Notes under the pieces: model-generated
What the model saw: the letters and a program-made list of their open reading frames with translations, nothing else
What the model was told of the DNA's origin: nothing
Database searches by the model: none
Shown: in pieces, positions 12,051 to 25,916 of the stretch
Numbering within the stretch: position 1 is the stretch's first letter
Layout of the letters: the number at the start of each line of letters is the position of its first letter
Assembly: GCF_030684315.1 (NCBI RefSeq)
Contig: NC_081365.1
Span: forward strand, 56,908,481-56,972,480
Source of the DNA: Stegostoma tigrinum
Lineage: Eukaryota
DNA: 64,000 nt
Direction: 5' to 3'
Program-made: the position numbers and the translations under genes

Positions 12051-14384
12051 TCAGAGGTTGAAATACAAGCACGCACAAATGCAAAATAAAGTTCTAAACT
12101 CATGACATTGGCAATGACCATATTAACACTTCATAAATTTGCATTTAAGACACTTCAATTTGAGACATCAAGCAAGATGGCATCTCGAGTAAAATATCAG
12201 TGGAAGGAATGACTTTTGCAGACACCATTAAATCTCTTTGACGATGGTTTCAGATGTTCTAATTTGAGAATCTGGGAATAACAAAGAATAACTAGGAACT
12301 ATGACAATACTAAAATCATTGAACTCTAATTTCATTCATAACTTGTCATGTCAATTACAGCATGAGGCTGCAGCCTTAAAATACTTGTGTCCTGTTTATT
12401 GTTGCTGTCTCATGTTTGGTCCCTTGTGATTTTGTTGTGTGGTAATTATGGGATTGAACTGATAAATGGTGCAGCATAGGATTTGCAAATGTTAACCATC
12501 CGCTATACCCTGTATTCATTGATAATCTTACTTCATTAAACTTTCAGCACATAAATGCTCACATAATAGGTGAAAGGTTAATTTTTTATACGGTTTATTG
12601 GAATTCTATCCAGAAATGCCCCATTTTAAAAATGCGTGCACACATACATAGTCTCTCTGATAGTAAGTCATTCACAGACACTACATAATAAATCATAGTT
12701 CTTAGGTCTAATATGAGTTCCACAACTTAAAATATAAAGTGCATCTCAAATGTCATTGGGGTTGGCAGACCACACGATTTCTCAAGTTAACTCTTTCTTT
12801 TTACATTTTAACAGCAAGTTACGCCTGCTATTACACCAAGGTTATTAATTCTCTACACCCTGAATTTGGACTGAATTCAGTACTGCTTTTCAAGATAATT
12901 TAGCATGATGTTTAAGTTACATCTTGTTTTTCTAGCACATTTACAGATCCAATTCAAATTTATTTTAAAGTTGTCAACAGGTAAAATAGCACAGATCAAA
13001 CAGAACACAATTATCACTAAGATCACAGAATACAGTGCATACCTGTTGTACATTCGAATAAAATGTGCACTGTAAAATTAAGAACTAGCTTGCAAAAAAT
13101 GAGAAACATTAATTTAAAATGGTCTGTGGTCAGGACCTTGCTGGCAAATAAAAACATTAGTAATCTGTTGACTACAGATCTTTAATGCTCTACACGTCAC
13201 TTGCAACAATAAGCAAATTACTAATCCCCCCATAATGACACTGCGCTCAAAAAGGGAAGAAGTTTATATTGGCAAGTTAGTTTCTTGCAATCATTTGATT
13301 GAAACATTTTATTTAAACTTATTCAGATCAATGTTCATTGTACTGTTGATTACACAGGAACAAGATGTTTGGTGTTGTGACACTCTGGTCTGACTTTTTC
13401 CTTAGTCAATCACACTGGCACGTGAGAAAGGCCAACTTCACATGAGGTGAAATTCTCAATACTGCTCAAAAAAATTCAGCCATTATGATGGAGACTCAAT
13501 TATCAGTTTTCCTGCTTATCTTTGAGATTCCTGCAGGAGAACGTTTTCGTGAAATACATAGTGCATACACCACAGATGTTTCTTTTCCGATTGCATTTCA
13601 TCTTTTCATTGTGAATAATGAAAGCACACAACGTTACTTTCTTCACTTTGCTGTTCTAGTGGTCCTGTTCCCAGAAATATTACCATGTTGGACAGTTAAG
13701 AAATAAATTTTGGGGACTTGTGCTATGGCAAAAAAGGGCAGTTCCATTATATGTTCACTCTACCACACACTCTCCTAATACAATTTGTTTCAACCACTGG
13801 CAAAACAAATTGTAACAAAAATAAAGATTGACTCATGGGATTGAAAACAAATCAATGAAAATGTAAGATTAAATCAGTATTAAAAGAAAATTGCGAATGC
13901 AAACCATACATTAAATATGTTAAGCAGTATTAGCAATATTTAAAAGATTTTTCTTCCCCCCCTGTACAGTATTCACACTTTCCTGGTGAAACCTGCTGAG
14001 GCCTGTGACAGATGTCAATAAAAGTTGCACACCACAACATGGCCAGTAAACATGGCCCATGGAAATTGTGGGACAGGCTCAAAACAGGAAAATTCAAGGA
14101 AACTTAGAAACATATGTTGCAAATAACTGACCACACACAAACTTCACTCCAGTGAAAAATGTGAACTGCTGCTTTGCATTGTGTAAGTTTTCAAAAGAAA
14201 ACCTTTCATAACTTAATTATATCTGACATAAATTAAGCTTTGCATTGTGCTGCTTAAGTAAATGGTAAAAGATTCCTGTGAAATTGTATAGTCATTTTCA
14301 TAACTAATGCATCGAGATTAGAATGCCTTCTTCTCCATTTTAAAAACTTTCAGCTAAATCTCAACTCCCAAACAGCTGAAATTA

Positions 14385-14603
<219 letters not shown>

Positions 14604-15499
14604 CTAGGAATTAGCTGAACCCGGGCAGATAAAAGCTGTGTTCTCATATAATGAGAGCTAAATCTTTGAACATTTCTTCTGCTTGACCTTTTCATTCCCT
14701 GATTGCCAATTAACAAATCTGGGCAGCTTCAGGAGAGGAGAAGCACAGCAGTAGACTTTGCTCCTTCTCACTTTGGCAGTTTCCTAAATACACCAAGGAG
14801 TTCAGGATAAGTTTTGAGGACAAGTGGATTACTGAATATGTAAAAAAGCCAGCTTCTGTGCCGATTGCTGGCCCAGACTCACTTTGTATGCAGACTGCAT
14901 GGAGGCTGCAGGTATTTGCTTTGGCCTAAACAAATATTGCAGTTTTTTTCAGCATCTGAGAAGAAGTGATGACCATTGATTTACACGAACAAGCAAATGG
15001 GGGAAGTGGTGGGGCTGGCAGCAAGAAACCAAGTTGAATAAAGTCTGTTTCTTTCGCATAGCTGTCATTTATAATAGTTGGTCTTTAATGGTAAGCTAGA
15101 GGGGCACTTTTGCTGGGCTCCCAAATCCACTCGAAAAGGACAGCAGCATTAGTATAACCAAGAGAAGGCAACAAGAAACAAAAAGGTGGGTAGGTGGGGG
15201 TGAGGTTGGTAGTAGCACAGAACACACACAAACAAAAGAAGTGCTGCTCAAGGTGCCCTTGAGAACCGGAGGTTTCCACCTACTGACTTGAGCTGAATTA
15301 GTTCACACTTTTGTTAGTAGTGGAATGCAGCAAACAGGTAAAACAGAAAATGATTTATTTGATTCAGAATTTATTCACGGTCATACTCTCTTGTTCTGGA
15401 GCCACGGCTCCAGAGAAACCTCGTCTCCACCCGACCCTTGCTCACTGATCTATCTCAAAAATAGAAGAGTTCAAAACTTCTTTTGTTAGCCTTCCAGCT

Positions 15500-16900
15500 T
15501 TCTTCAGCTCCAGCAATCGCCAAGCCGGCATGAACTCATCCTGCACCGAGGCGGCTTCCTTTGTTGAGGGGAGAGGTCAGAAGCCTCCGGAGCGTCCCCC
15601 ACTTTGCTCACCTGTCATTTCACCAGCTACAGGAGTCACAGGAACGGCTGACCTTTCAACTGAGACTCTGGATCAGAATCCAGGTTGTAACTTCACACAC
15701 ACACACACACCTGTATGGAAAACGGCTGGCTACACCTTGCCTCCGATTCTGAAGTGGGGAAACTACCACGATATTAACACCGTGAAATTGACAAAAGAAA
15801 AGAGAAACTGCGCCGGTCGAAGTTACCGCAGTCAAAGCGAGTCACGGCAAAACGGAGCGACTTTCTCTGTCACCTACCCCTTCAGCTGTTCCTTCATGGT
15901 GCTGAAGCAGTGAGTTCCAGCGACACACTTTCACACAGCCCGTAGCTAAGAAAGGGAGCGCCCCACACAAGTGGCAGCACACAAAAAGCAGTGCTGGAGA
16001 TTTGCTACTGCTGTGCTGATCACACGAGGAGGAGTAGCAGGCAACAGGGAGGGGCTTACACACTGATTCCCTACCTCCCTGCCACCCCCCCCCCCCCCCG
16101 CCGACCAACCGAAGGCTTTCGCAGAAACTGCAGCTTTTCATGGCACGTCGAGTTGGACAGAAGAGAAAGAACGGGGTGAGGAACACGGTTGCCACAAATG
16201 GCAGCTCGGAATTGCACAGAATCCCCCACCCTCCGGCTCTTGCTGCAACTCATCGGCGGCTAAGAAACGGATCATCCTTCTCTTTCCTGCCCGCTGCAGC
16301 AGGGCGAAGCTGAGGGTCCGGCCGGACAGCCCCCGAACATATGTACGAGCAGCCTCAGTTGTAAGGACCTTTGCTCTGTTTCCCATACAAACCACTGGGT
16401 TTTACAACGTCTTGAAAAAAAAATTAATCAACTCTGCGCAGCAGAAAGGAGAAAATCATTTATAATGTGCAAATGCTGGGGGAGGGGGTGGTGCTTTCAA
16501 ATAAAATTTACTCATCCCGCGTTGCAAAGTTGCAAAGTCCTGTGCCTGACCCCACATTCTAACTCGTTTACAAACAACGGAACAAAAGTGGGCTGACGGC
16601 ACCGAATGTCAACCTTTCCTCTCTCTCTCTCTCTTATCGGCCGATTGATCTTTGAAAGAGTAAAGAGCCGAGTGTCTGAAGCAGCAATCACGGAGCTATA
16701 CTCCGCTCGGAGACGATTGAGTAATGTCAGGAATGCACGACAGTAAAGCGAGCACTGCCATTCCAATGTCCCCCCCCCTCTCAAACATGTTACCTGTCCG
16801 CAGACAATGCGTGCCAACAGTCTCCGTGCTCCCAGTTCCCCCCTCCTGCTTCCCGGTGAAAGCTATGATTACACCAGGTGTCTGTTCGCTTATTGTTTGG
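15500..16900 (-). promoter_or_regulatory. GC/CpG-rich internal promoter region of the Dp71 isoform
   Basis: Clear local rise in GC and CpG relative to the rest of the window, a long C-run near 16085, (CA)n near 15695, no retroelement insertions; surrounds the MKEQLKG exon. TSS cannot be determined from sequence. Confidence 0.7.
15878..15897 (-). CDS. DMD: Coding part of Dp71-type alternative first exon (MKEQLKG)
   Basis: cagcaccATG AAG GAA CAG CTG AAG GG|gtaggt: good Kozak context; phase-2 donor compatible with the exon-63 equivalent; peptide differs from human Dp71 N-terminus MREQLKG at one residue; lies in intron 62 as in mammals. Confidence 0.9.
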
Positions 16901-18329
16901 TGAAATGCTTCTGCGGAATAATTACTGTGGATGACAATGGAAGGCTGCAGCCGGTTGCCACCTGAAGAATGAAACGTGACCTAAACGACTAAGTAGCTCA
17001 TGGCAAACATACTCGAATGACTACAATAATGTTTGATTGGACTACACTCTGGGACTGAGCGGCAGAGCGTTTGCGGGAGTGGGAACAGGCTAGAATCCAA
17101 GATGTCAGAAGGTTGCTCCTTTGGTTTCAGTTAAAACTTGCAAAAGGCCAAACAGCCCTGGCCGTGCATCAAACTTGTCTTTCCAAGCCAATCGGGGAAC
17201 ACTTAACCACATCCGATTTTGTGACTTTCACTGGGGGTGCAGGGTCTACCCCAACTTTTCAGATGTAGGCTGCAAACGTGCAGGAGGAATTTCCAGGCAA
17301 GAGTGTTTATCTTTCTATAACTTTTAAGTAAACAACTCAATACAACTTCAATGTCATACAGGATAAATTTTCAGGCCCTAACGAGGTTGGATGTGGTGGT
17401 AGACAGATCCTGAAATTAACAGTGTTGACTGATGTGCCAATTTCTGGAAACCCTTCCAGACAATTGGCCGATTTAGGGTTCAGAGCCCACTCAGACAGAC
17501 TGACTGCCTGCCTGCCTGCCTGCCCCCTTAGAGATGAGACCCAACAATGTTACTTAGTACAGACTCAAAACTTTGTTTTGGTTGGTCTGCAGTTTTCCCA
17601 CAATGTCAGGCTGTTCAATTGACTGGAGGCAGCCGCAAGTGCAAGGACAGGCTCCCAGGCACTCTCTTGCCTTGGTGTGAACACTGCAAAAGGCTGCCCT
17701 GTACTGTGATCATCCCTCACGGTGGCCTGGTTGCATTTTCTAAGTTTCATTTGATTTTTTTCTGTAAATGTTGGTGTTAGGGCATCTTCATGTTGAAGTG
17801 CCCTCTCAGTCACTTAGCTTTTACTGCAGCTTGTCATTCATCTGGAGCAGGAAATCTTCTGATTACCTGCAGCTTTAAGGACGTGCCTGCCACCATTATT
17901 TGTCAGGGAACAGGGAGTGCTCCATTCAAAATCTCAACAAGTGACTATTTCCCTCAGGCAGATTTGGATGATCAGGATGTAGAATAGGTTTGGGAGCTAC
18001 CAGTATGAGTGATCTACAGATGCCCAATAGTAACCACAATGTGAAAGGAAATATTGTGTGCTTGTCATAAAGGATTAGCAATAATAATGGGTGGTTTTAA
18101 AGTACATATAAATTGGACAAATCAGATTGGTTATAATAGCCTTGATTGATTTCATAGAATAATTTTGAAATAGTCTCTTTGTGTAGCACATTCTGGCACC
18201 AACCAACAAGTAGGCTGTAATAAACTCGACCTTGTAATTGGGTAATTGATCCCCTCAGAGTAATGGCATCTTTAGGTAGCAGTGACCACAAATGATTGAA
18301 TTTTACATTCATTTTGAAAGAGAGAAGTT

Positions 18330-18627
18330 GGTGCAGTGGCTGAGTGGTTAGCAGTGCTGTCTCACAGCATCAGAGACCCAGGTTCAATTCCACCCTCAGA
18401 CAACCGTCTGTGTGGAGTTTGCACATTCTCCTTATGTCTGCGTGGGTTTCCTCCCACAGTCTAAAGATGTGCAGGCTAGGTCGGTTGGTCATGCTAAAAA
18501 GCCCATAGTGTTCAGGGATGTGTTGATTAGGTGGGTTATAGGGGGATGGGTCTGGATGGGATGCTATGAGGGTGGTGTAGACTTGTTGGGACAAAGGACC
18601 TGTTTTCACACTGTAGGGATTCTATGA
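18330..18627 (+). mobile_element. HE1-type V-SINE
   Basis: tRNA head, V-domain and tail ending cacactgtagggattctatga. Confidence 0.88.
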
Positions 18628-18920
18628 CGTGACCTATACTTTAAAAAGAGCAACAATGTAGGTATGAAAGCTGAGGTGAACTAGTGTATTAGTCTGAGAG
18701 ACAGATCAGTACAAAAGGAATTATTATTATTTAGAGGTATATTTCAGGGAATAGAATAAGTACATTTCTACTGTACAGTAAAATTTTTAGGGGAGGACCC
18801 AGCGTGTCATCTGCTGTGGCAAAGGTTTTAGAATAGATTGTTGAGGAGCACGTGGGAAACCTCATGGCAATTGAGAATGTCGCACCAAACTTAAGGGCAA
18901 AAAAACACATTATCGACAAA

Positions 18921-19115
18921 TATAATGGGAACTGCAGATGCTGGAGAATCCGAGATAACAAAGTGTGGAGCTGGATGAATGCAGCAGGCCAGGCAGCATC
19001 TCAGGAGCACAAAAGCTGACATTTCAGGCCTAGACCCATCATCAGCGGGTCAGCTTTTGTGCTCCTAAGATGCTGCTTGGCCTGCTGCATTCATCCAGCT
19101 CCACACTTTGTATCT
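18921..19115. mobile_element. Fold-back Penelope-derived element
   Basis: Inverted arms of the same terminal repeat; TSD cacattatcgacaaa at 18906-18920 and 19116-19130; hammerhead-like motif on minus strand at 19018-19045. Confidence 0.85.
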
Positions 19116-19689
19116 CACATTATCGACAAAGGTCAGTGGCAGGTCTGACGACTGGTCAGAATATAAAAAAGGTAGCATTTTATTACACTGAGGAAACACT
19201 GTTGTTGCAATAGTGAATGAGTGTAATTGAAAAGTCTCCACATGCACGACTTTGTCACTAAGCTAGCTACCAATATGAAAAACGGTTCATTATCTGATGC
19301 TAAAGGTATTTATCATTATTACCTGTGAATACGTGCACGCTTATTAATGGTTATGGCTGACAACGGGGAGGGTGTGGGGGAAATGTTTGCGAGGGCCATG
19401 AATGAAGCAACCAGGGTTGGGAGGGGAAGAAGAGACAACTAATGGGGCCCATAAGCGCCCTCCCCCCATGAACTCAATCATGCTCCCCTTCAATCCCATC
19501 CATTCTCTCCCCTCCAGCCCCATTTGAATCTTGCACCTGCACTGTGCACATGCAGACTTTTGCGCAGGACGTAACAACGTTCAGGACCTGGAACTGTGTG
19601 CATGTGCATTGCCGTGTGAATGTGTATGCACAGTCACCCCAAGCATTCAATGTCACCAAACACTGCTTATAAAGAAGTGATTAAATTGG

Positions 19690-21420
19690 AGCATGAAAGT
19701 AAGCTAGCTACAAATGTAAAAGCAAAAAGCAAGCGTTGATACAGGTATCTGAAAAAGACAACAGTAAAAGTGAATGAAAATGTTTAGTTGTGAGATAATA
19801 CAGAAATGGCAGGTATTGTGCTTCTGTTTTCACTTGAGACAATACAAAAGGAAACCCAACCACACCTGAAAATGGGGAGGCTGAAGGAAAACAAGAACTT
19901 GTTGAAATTACAATCACCCCTCGGGAAGCAACTGATAGAGTTGTGGGTGATAAGCTTTTGTTCTAGATGGACTTCCTCCTAGGGTCTCAAAAGAGCTAGC
20001 TAGTGAGGTAGTGGATGCAAGGTCGTAATTTTCCAAAATTCACTAGATTCTGGAAGGATTCAATCATATTGTAAAGTAATCAACATAATATAATATAATA
20101 TAATAACGAATCAGGAAATTCCAGATATGGCAGCGTCTTATCTGCTGTGGGGACGGTTTTAGAATAGATTGTTAAGGAGCACTTGGGAAACTTCATGGCA
20201 ATTGAGACGACTCGGCATAGTTTTGTGAAAGGGAAAGTGTGTTTAACTAATCTGTTTGGAATTTTCTGAAGGAATAACATGAGTAAAGGGTATAGGTGGA
20301 CTTTCCAGCAGGCATTTGACGGTTCCACATAAAACATTTTTGTACAAAGTAGAAGTCCATTGTATCGGGGTAACACACTAACATGGATCGAAGATCAGCT
20401 GGTTGGCAGAATACATTGAATTCATAAATGGATTTTCTGTTAGAATGGCATCAGGATGTGATGAGTGGAGTCCAGTAGGGATCTGTACTTCGCCTTCAAT
20501 ATTTTGCAATTTATATAATAACTTCAATGTAGGGATCAAAGGCATGTTGATGAAATTTTCAGATGACACTAATGTAGGTAGGAAATATGTTCTGATGTGG
20601 ACATAACAAGGATACAAATAGGTTGAGCAAGTGGGCAAAAAAATCAAGCGGATGGACCAGAGTGTGAAAAAATGTGAAGCTGTAGCTGGCAGGAAGAATA
20701 AGTACGTGAAGTGTTGTGTAAAAGGTGAATAAATGCAGAATTACAATGTGCAGAGAGATCTGAGTCATAAAATATAGGCATAGGAAGTGATTAAGAAGGC
20801 TAATAGAATGGTATCCTTGATTGTGAGAGGAATTGCACATAAACCTAAGGGCGTTATGCTTCACTTGTACAGGACATTGGAGGGACCACATGTTGAATAA
20901 AATGTGCAGCTTTGGTCTCATTATTTAGTATAGGATGTAAATGCAATAGAAGCAGTTCAGACGAGATTTACTAGAATATGTGGGTTGACAACTGTGGAAA
21001 GATTAAACAGGCTGGACTTGTCTTCATTCAAGGTTCATTCAAAGAGTGAGAGGTAATTCATTAGATCAGATCCTAAGTAGTCTTGACAAGGTGGACATGA
21101 AGAATATGTTTACTTTTGTGGGTGACTTATGGGGGACAGTGTTTTAAAGTTAGGGCGTGCCCTTTTAAAACAGAGATGAGGGGAAATCTTTTCTCTCAGA
21201 CAGTTGTGTAACTTTGGAACCCTGCCTCAGAAGGCGATGGAGGCAGGGTCTTTGAATATTTTTAAGGTGGAGGTTGAGGGATTTTTGCTAGTCAAAGCAA
21301 TCAAAGATTTTTGGGGGATAAATGAGAAAATGAAAATAGATCAGCCATGATCATGTTGAATGGTGGAGCAGACTCGAAGGGCCGAATGGCCCACTCCTAC
21401 TTTTAATTCATATAGTCATG
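19690..21420 (+). mobile_element. Decayed CR1 LINE (RT region to 3' UTR)
   Basis: Remnants of the QHGF..GKSCLTNL, DFQxAFD and KFSDDT motifs; 3' UTR gactcgaagggccgaatggcccactcctac. Confidence 0.8.
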
Positions 21421-22444
21421 TGGCCAAGAATGAATTCCTGCTCCATTCCCACCCTAGACACAAATGTCTGGCCTATAGTTCGTTGTTGTGAGAAAACAGA
21501 GACACAGGAATTCCTCCCACCAAACTAGAATTCCATTAGTTGCGGAAAATTGTCAATTTTGTAAATGCATTTCAATCCAAATTCCTCATAAAAACTCCCA
21601 TTGATTATTACTGCACCAGTTGAGCTAATTCATAAAATTTACCTCAGTAATTCATATTGGGTGATAACAACCTCTGATATTTTGCATAACTATTTTGTTT
21701 TTCTTATACGAGTCATTGCAACCATGGTTGATTTAATCCTCAGCTAACATTCAGACTTCAGGCACATTTTCCTAAGGCCACGAGGTAGTAACCAAAGGCA
21801 AGACACCTGATGACCGAATTCCTTTCACTTGACCAGAAGATCCCTTTTAGCTTTCTAGGCTAAGTTGACCCATTAAAGAAGTTGATTGAACCATGATCCA
21901 TTTTGATCTTTGTTGTTCGCTATCGTACCACATGAGCTATTTGTCCGTTAAGCCATTGCGTGAAATTCTTCCTCTCCGTTATAATTCTGATCCCAAGTTT
22001 AATGAACACCATTCTCTGTTAAAAATCCAATAAGTAAAATCGTGCCAGGCCGATGGCAATACTCAATAATTAACAGCTGTGGAGGTAAAAGGATTTGCAG
22101 TTTTAAACTGCCCATCATTTCCTCAGCATGTTCCAAAACATTTTGTAGATACCAAACTGAATTTAAAGTGTGGTTACTGTTTTATACAAAAAGAGGCAAC
22201 CAAATAGAATTCAGTAAGATGGAAACTTGAGTTGTTTGGACAGCAAACAATGCCTCATCGGAGAGGTGAGGACAAAGGGGGCATTTGCCAGACAATGTTG
22301 TGCCTTGACAAATCACTTGTCACTTGAGAATAGTTAGTTTGATGATAGAAGTGGCAAGAAAGTTATTGTTTAATTGTTTTTTTGACGAAAAGTAACATGA
22401 AGAAAAAAGCTCAATCCAAAAATTCATGAGATGAAAATACACTG

Positions 22445-22850
22445 GAAAGGCTGGGATGTTTTTCCACTGCAGCTTAGGAGGTTGAGGAGTGACCTTACTG
22501 AGATTTATAAAATCACGACTGTGATAGATCAGATGAATTGACAATGGTCTTTTCCCTAGGCTAGGGTAAGTTCAAAGCTCGGGGGCATTTTTTAAGGTGA
22601 GAGGAGAAAGATTTAAAATGGACATTAGGGGCAACTGTTTTACACTGAGAGTGGTTCGTGTGTGGAATGAATTGCCAGAGGAAGTGGTGGACGCAGGTAC
22701 TGTTACAGCGTTTAGAAGACATTTAGATAAGTTCATGAACAGGAAATGTTTAGAAGGATATGGGCCAAGTGCAGGCAGGTGGGACTACTTTAGTTTGGGA
22801 ACATGGTTGGCATGGACTGGTTGTTTCATGCTGTATGACTCTGTGACTCT
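22445..22850 (+). mobile_element. CR1 (HER1-like) 3' fragment
   Basis: ORF 22597..22854 (RGERFK...FTLRVVRVWNELPEEVV) and tail ctgtatgactctgtgactct. Confidence 0.85.
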
Positions 22851-23924
22851 TTAAAGCTCAACCAGAGACTTTTTTTTCTTTTGAAATCTATTCCCAATTC
22901 CAGTAGCAAAACTTGTTTATTCATCACATGGTTTAAACAACAAGCAAGAAGAACAACACTTGCCCGAACTCTATCCAAAAGAGGTACTCTGGATACCTCA
23001 AACATTTAAAGAAAAACATCCATTAGGCAAGCACAACTATAGAAAACTGGTACATTCTGAAATCTAGTACAAGGTCATTCACAATCCAAGCTTAAGGCAA
23101 ATGTCCATTTAATGATATGATAATTATGAGTGACGACTTTTGCTCAGATAGTAGAAAGTGTGGAGCTTCATTGCTTCAATTCATGAATTACTGATTAGTG
23201 TTTTTGAAGTCAATTTTAAAATTAATTTTCTTTTTTACGCTTCCCAGTCTTTCAATTTAGTTCAACCGCCCTCTCGATTTCTCTTTGAGAACCTAACCTG
23301 ACATTGGATTCATCCACTCAAATTCACCCTCCATTAACTTTTTTTAACTGCTTATTTCTCAATTTTAAGTCTAATTGTTTCAGGGGATAGATTGTCCCCT
23401 TGTTTTACAGGATCAAAATGACACTCTGTTACCCCAGTAAGCTGGTTTCGATTTGTTCTTGCAAATTTCTGGGCAATGTGAAAATGCAAATATGTGCAGA
23501 ATAGTCTAGCAGGGCCCACTGCAGCAAATTCTGTATCAACATTCTCATCACTGGATATTTCCTCCACAAATATTGCTTCTGACTTTTAAAAATACCCACA
23601 CTTTCTCTTCCTGGTCTGGATCTCAAATCTAAAATGCAAGCACTTCTGCTAGTCCTTGAATACAATGCCAAAATAAAAAGAAACCTTGGAGCTTCTGATC
23701 ATTGTTTAATTATTTAGCAACAATCCAAATTAGTCCAAGTAATTTGTTAGCTACAAAATAATGTACACTTATTTATGCTTCTTAACAATATAATATTAAG
23801 TAAAATTATCAGGGTTGTTACTTTTTACTCTTACACCATATACCACATTGGAAGAGTTATCATGCTCTGTGTTGAAGTAATTGTTTGAAGCATGCACACT
23901 CTTTGACCCACCAAGGTTACTCCA

Positions 23925-24110
23925 TTCCTTCAATTCTGGCCTTTGGTGCACCGTTGGAAAATGTAATTTAAAATATTTAAATCCTAAGCTCTGAAATCCT
24001 ATTCCTAAAGCTCTCCAGTTCTCTGTCCTCCTTTAACATACTCCTTCAAACTTACCTTTTTGACCAATCTTTTGATTGTCTGTTTGAACATTTTATTGGT
24101 GTCAAATTAT
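23925..24110 (+). mobile_element. L2-clade LINE 3' end remnant
   Basis: cctaagctctgaaat..ctccttcaaacttacctttttgaccaa resembles the reverse complement of 27590-27830. Confidence 0.5.
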
Positions 24111-24697
24111 GCTCCTGCTCTTAACAGCTAATGTATTTTGGATTAGTAATTTAACTAGTTCCATTTTTAATGCAGCTCCCCACCTTGCTTTCCTTTATCA
24201 TCTTTCATTGGCACTTCATAGATCAATGCATCAAATGCAACATCTATTGGATCACCTCTTCTCAAACTGTCATCCAGGGCCCCAAATGCTCCTTCCGAAT
24301 GTAAGACATTCACATATCTCCCTGTACTGTTGTCTATTGGATAGATTTTCTGAAACAGGCTTGAAAAATGTTTCTTTCCTCTCAAACTTATTTTCATATC
24401 ACTGAATATAAAGCTGTTATGAAACATGTTTTACAATTTTAAAATCAATTTGCGAATCGTTCTGCCTTAATAATATGCCCTTGTATATTGAAGAGTGATA
24501 ACCTAAAAAATAGGCTTATCACAAACAAGAACTTTCAGTTGCTCTGAGAATACACCACCTCTGAGCAAGTTAGAGGTAATCCTGCCATACTCTTCCACGA
24601 CCATGGGGCTGCTCTCTCATTAGTGACACGTGACTGGTGGTGACTTAATCTGAGTCACCATGACTCAGGCAAGAGAAGAGATTGAGATGAAGAATCC

Positions 24698-25072
24698 CCT
24701 CCCCCCACTGCATCCCAAAACCAGCCCAGCTCGTCCCTGACTCCCTAACCTGTTCTTCCTCTCACCTATCCCCTCCTCCCACCTCAAGCCGCACCTCCAT
24801 TTCCTACCTACTAACCTCATCCTGCCTCCTTGACCTTTCCGTCCTCCCCGGATTGACCTATCCCCTCCCTACCTCCTCACCTATACTCTCCTCTCCACCT
24901 GTCTTCTCCTCCATCCATCTTCGGTCCACCTACCCCTCTCTCTCTATTTATTTCAGAATCCTTTCCCCATCCCCCTTTTCTGATGAAGGGTCTAGGCCCA
25001 AAACGTCAGCTTTTGTGCGCCTAAGATGCTGCTTGGCCTGCTGTGTTCATCCAGCTCCACACTTGGTTATCT
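24698..25072 (+). mobile_element. Penelope-like element 3' terminal fragment
   Basis: C-rich tract plus terminal repeat; hammerhead-like motif at 24980-25007; approximate TSD gatgaa(g/a)aatcc at 24686-24697 and 25073-25084; inserted in a SINE. Confidence 0.82.
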
Positions 25073-25916
25073 GATGAAAAATCCTTTTAGGTGTACACCT
25101 CTCAGAAAGCCAATCATAAAAACTGAAAGTGACTTTCTAGATATATTGGTCAATAGTGGTCAATAGTGGTCAAATACTTTGTAAAACAAAACAAAATCTT
25201 TGAAAGCTCTCATTACTGTCCATGCTCCCCCCCAAAAAACCAAGTTTAATTTTTAGAATCTCCTCAGAGACCTGTAAATGAGCATAATTAGTGGAAATTC
25301 CTAATGCTGATTAATTTGCCTCTGTGGAGCATGTTCAGTTTTTCAGTCAGGTTGGGTCGTAGGGCAAAGCTTTGCAAACTAGCACAATATATTGTAGCAA
25401 ATGAATTCCTGCTACACGCAACTTTCAGTTAAGATTCTGGTCATGTTGCATTCGTGCAAATTACTCTGAGAAACCAACACAACAAAATGGATACACTAGG
25501 TCAATATTTTTGCAGCTCAAAATGCAGTCTCTTGGACTTTGAAATGATCAAAATAGATTGGCCTAACATCGAGGACTTGCCACTCAATCTTTCCTCCAAT
25601 TCCCACACTGACCTCTCAACGTTTTGATTTTCCAATCTAAGGGAAACGGAGGCAAAAATATCACTTCTTCTTCCAGGACCCCCTTGGAGCCCTTCAAACT
25701 TCAGCTAATTTACACCGGCAGCCAATTTCCTCACTTGCTCGAATGTAGGAGCTGCTGGGTACATGTGGCAGGAACACTGCCCTCATAGAATCCTGTGGCG
25801 TGGATGCAGGCCATTCAGCCCATCGAGTCCACATCAATCCTCCGGGGGGCATCCCTCCGTGACCCAGTCCCCAACCTTATTCCTGGAACCCTGCATTTAC
25901 TATGCGTTTACTACTG

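Noticed and set aside
15530-16817. Several overlapping ORFs (e.g. 15530..15913, 15842..16195, 16512..16817)
   Set aside because: No recognisable domains; expected in GC-rich promoter sequence. The supported coding signal is the 20-nt MKEQLKG exon in another frame.
25147-25173. tggtcaatag tandem repeat (about 2.7 copies)
   Set aside because: Simple slippage repeat with no spacers; not CRISPR-like or otherwise informative.
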